Assembly (NCBI GenBank): GCA_047605185.1
Contig: JASGGC010000012.1
Span: 4,630-68,629 of the forward strand
Direction of reading: 5' to 3'
Source of the DNA: Dysgonomonas sp.
Lineage (GTDB): Bacteria; Bacteroidota; Bacteroidia; Bacteroidales; Dysgonomonadaceae
Length of the DNA stretch: 64,000 nucleotides
A program made the position numbers and the translations under genes. Positions 63,209-64,000 of this stretch are shown here, in pieces; the first letter of the stretch is position 1; each line of letters opens with the position of its first letter. Below the pieces are notes generated by a model. The model searched no databases, was not told the origin of the DNA, and was given only the letters and a program-made list of their open reading frames with translations.

Positions 63209-64000
63209 TTATATCTTTATTCGTTTTGCAAGCTTGCCAATACTCATACCTTGAACAATGATAGAGAATACAACTACAAAATAAGTGGCTGCAATAATTA
63301 CTTTCTTATAAGGGCCTTCAGCGACAGATAATGCTAAGGCAATAGACACACCACCTCGTAACCCACCCCATACAAGTATGGTGATAGTACCTTTTGACAG
63401 TTTCTCCTTGAATGGGATAATCATTGTTGGTATTTTTATAGAAATATATCTGGCAAAAAGTACAACTATAATACAAATCAATCCAATAGACCAGTATTTG
63501 CCCAAATCAGGAATCAGTATTAACTCCAGTCCAATAAATAGGAACAATATAGCATTCATAACTTCGTCAATTAGCTCCCAAAATATTCCTAGATAGCTAG
63601 ATGTTACAGAATCTTTTTTGAGTCCTTTTTTTCGAGAATTACCAATAATCAATCCCGCAGCTACCATTGTCAACGGACCCGAAATATGCATCGCTGTAGC
63701 AATCAAATAACCACCCATCACTACAGATAAGGTAATTAATACTGAAATTTTATAATCATTAGCTGTTCTCATTCCGTACCAAGCTAGATGCCCAATACCG
63801 ATACCAACAAGAAGCCCTCCTATAGCCTCCTTGACGAGTAGCCATGTTACGCCTCCGAATGTAATAGAATGTGCAGAACCTGTTCCTTGAGCAATACTTA
63901 GGATAATTGTAAATACAACAACTGCAACTCCATCATTAAAAAGAGACTCACCAGCTACCTTTGTCTCTAACGATTTCGAAACCTTAGCCTCTTTCAATAT
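63209..64000 (-). CDS. CPA1-family Na+/H+ (cation/proton) antiporter, C-terminal part; N-terminus is outside the window
   Basis: The track start at 63997 is a TTG and the frame stays open to the window edge. The protein is polytopic and carries the CPA1 motif GESLFNDG. Confidence 0.8.
   Translation of the reverse strand: MLKEAKVSKSLETKVAGESLFNDGVAVVVFTIILSIAQGTGSAHSITFGGVTWLLVKEAIGGLLVGIGIGHLAWYGMRTANDYKISVLITLSVVMGGYLIATAMHISGPLTMVAAGLIIGNSRKKGLKKDSVTSSYLGIFWELIDEVMNAILFLFIGLELILIPDLGKYWSIGLICIIVVLFARYISIKIPTMIIPFKEKLSKGTITILVWGGLRGGVSIALALSVAEGPYKKVIIAATYFVVVFSIIVQGMSIGKLAKRIKI

Overview
Bacteroidota-type chromosomal window, shown by two SusC/SusD pairs, an ECF-sigma/anti-sigma PUL, a FISUMP-domain protein and OM barrels ending in an aromatic residue. 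By eye it is high-30s %GC, with clearly more AT-rich blocks at about 33.0-37.3 kb and 42.2-44.8 kb. Gene density is high, and I saw no rRNA, CRISPR, transposase, integrase or phage genes. (1) 0.8-26.6 kb is a large glycerol/polyol-to-pentose-phosphate super-locus. On the minus strand are two tandem FGGY kinases plus a divergent GpsA-family dehydrogenase. On the plus strand are HAD, glpABC, glpK, a porin-like OMP, glpF, transaldolase, a G1P-dehydrogenase-family enzyme (AraM-like), a HAD-IIA phosphatase (AraL-like), araD-like, two tandem araB-like kinases, tkt and rpiB. A second, divergent RpiB/LacAB paralogue lies on the minus strand, followed by stand-alone ribB and a DeoR regulator. I saw no araA, no polyol dehydrogenase of the usual SDR/MDR types, and no sugar transporter other than the MIP channel. 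I consider this the best candidate for an undescribed pathway: anaerobic polyol or tetritol/pentitol catabolism through polyol-phosphates. (2) 26.6-32.6 kb holds a SusC/SusD pair whose only cargo is a secreted protein built from two OsmC-like domains, one of which has lost both cysteines. (3) 33.3-39.2 kb holds a hypothetical secreted protein, a TPR histidine kinase with a LytTR regulator, and a FISUMP protein, followed by tRNA-Pro(TGG). (4) 40.0-44.8 kb holds a Tsx-like OM barrel with an NCS2 purine permease, then an AT-rich lipoprotein (propeller-like) plus small OM barrel pair. (5) 44.9-59.9 kb is an ECF-sigma/FecR/SusC(STN)/SusD/DUF3823 PUL with GH2, a glutaminase-A-like putative GH and a GH127/146-like Cys-Zn glycosidase. 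(6) 60.3-64.0 kb carries housekeeping genes: HIT, greA, a thioredoxin-fold lipoprotein lacking CXXC, a secreted hypothetical and a partial CPA1 antiporter. All functional calls come from motif and family recognition by eye, and no database search was run.
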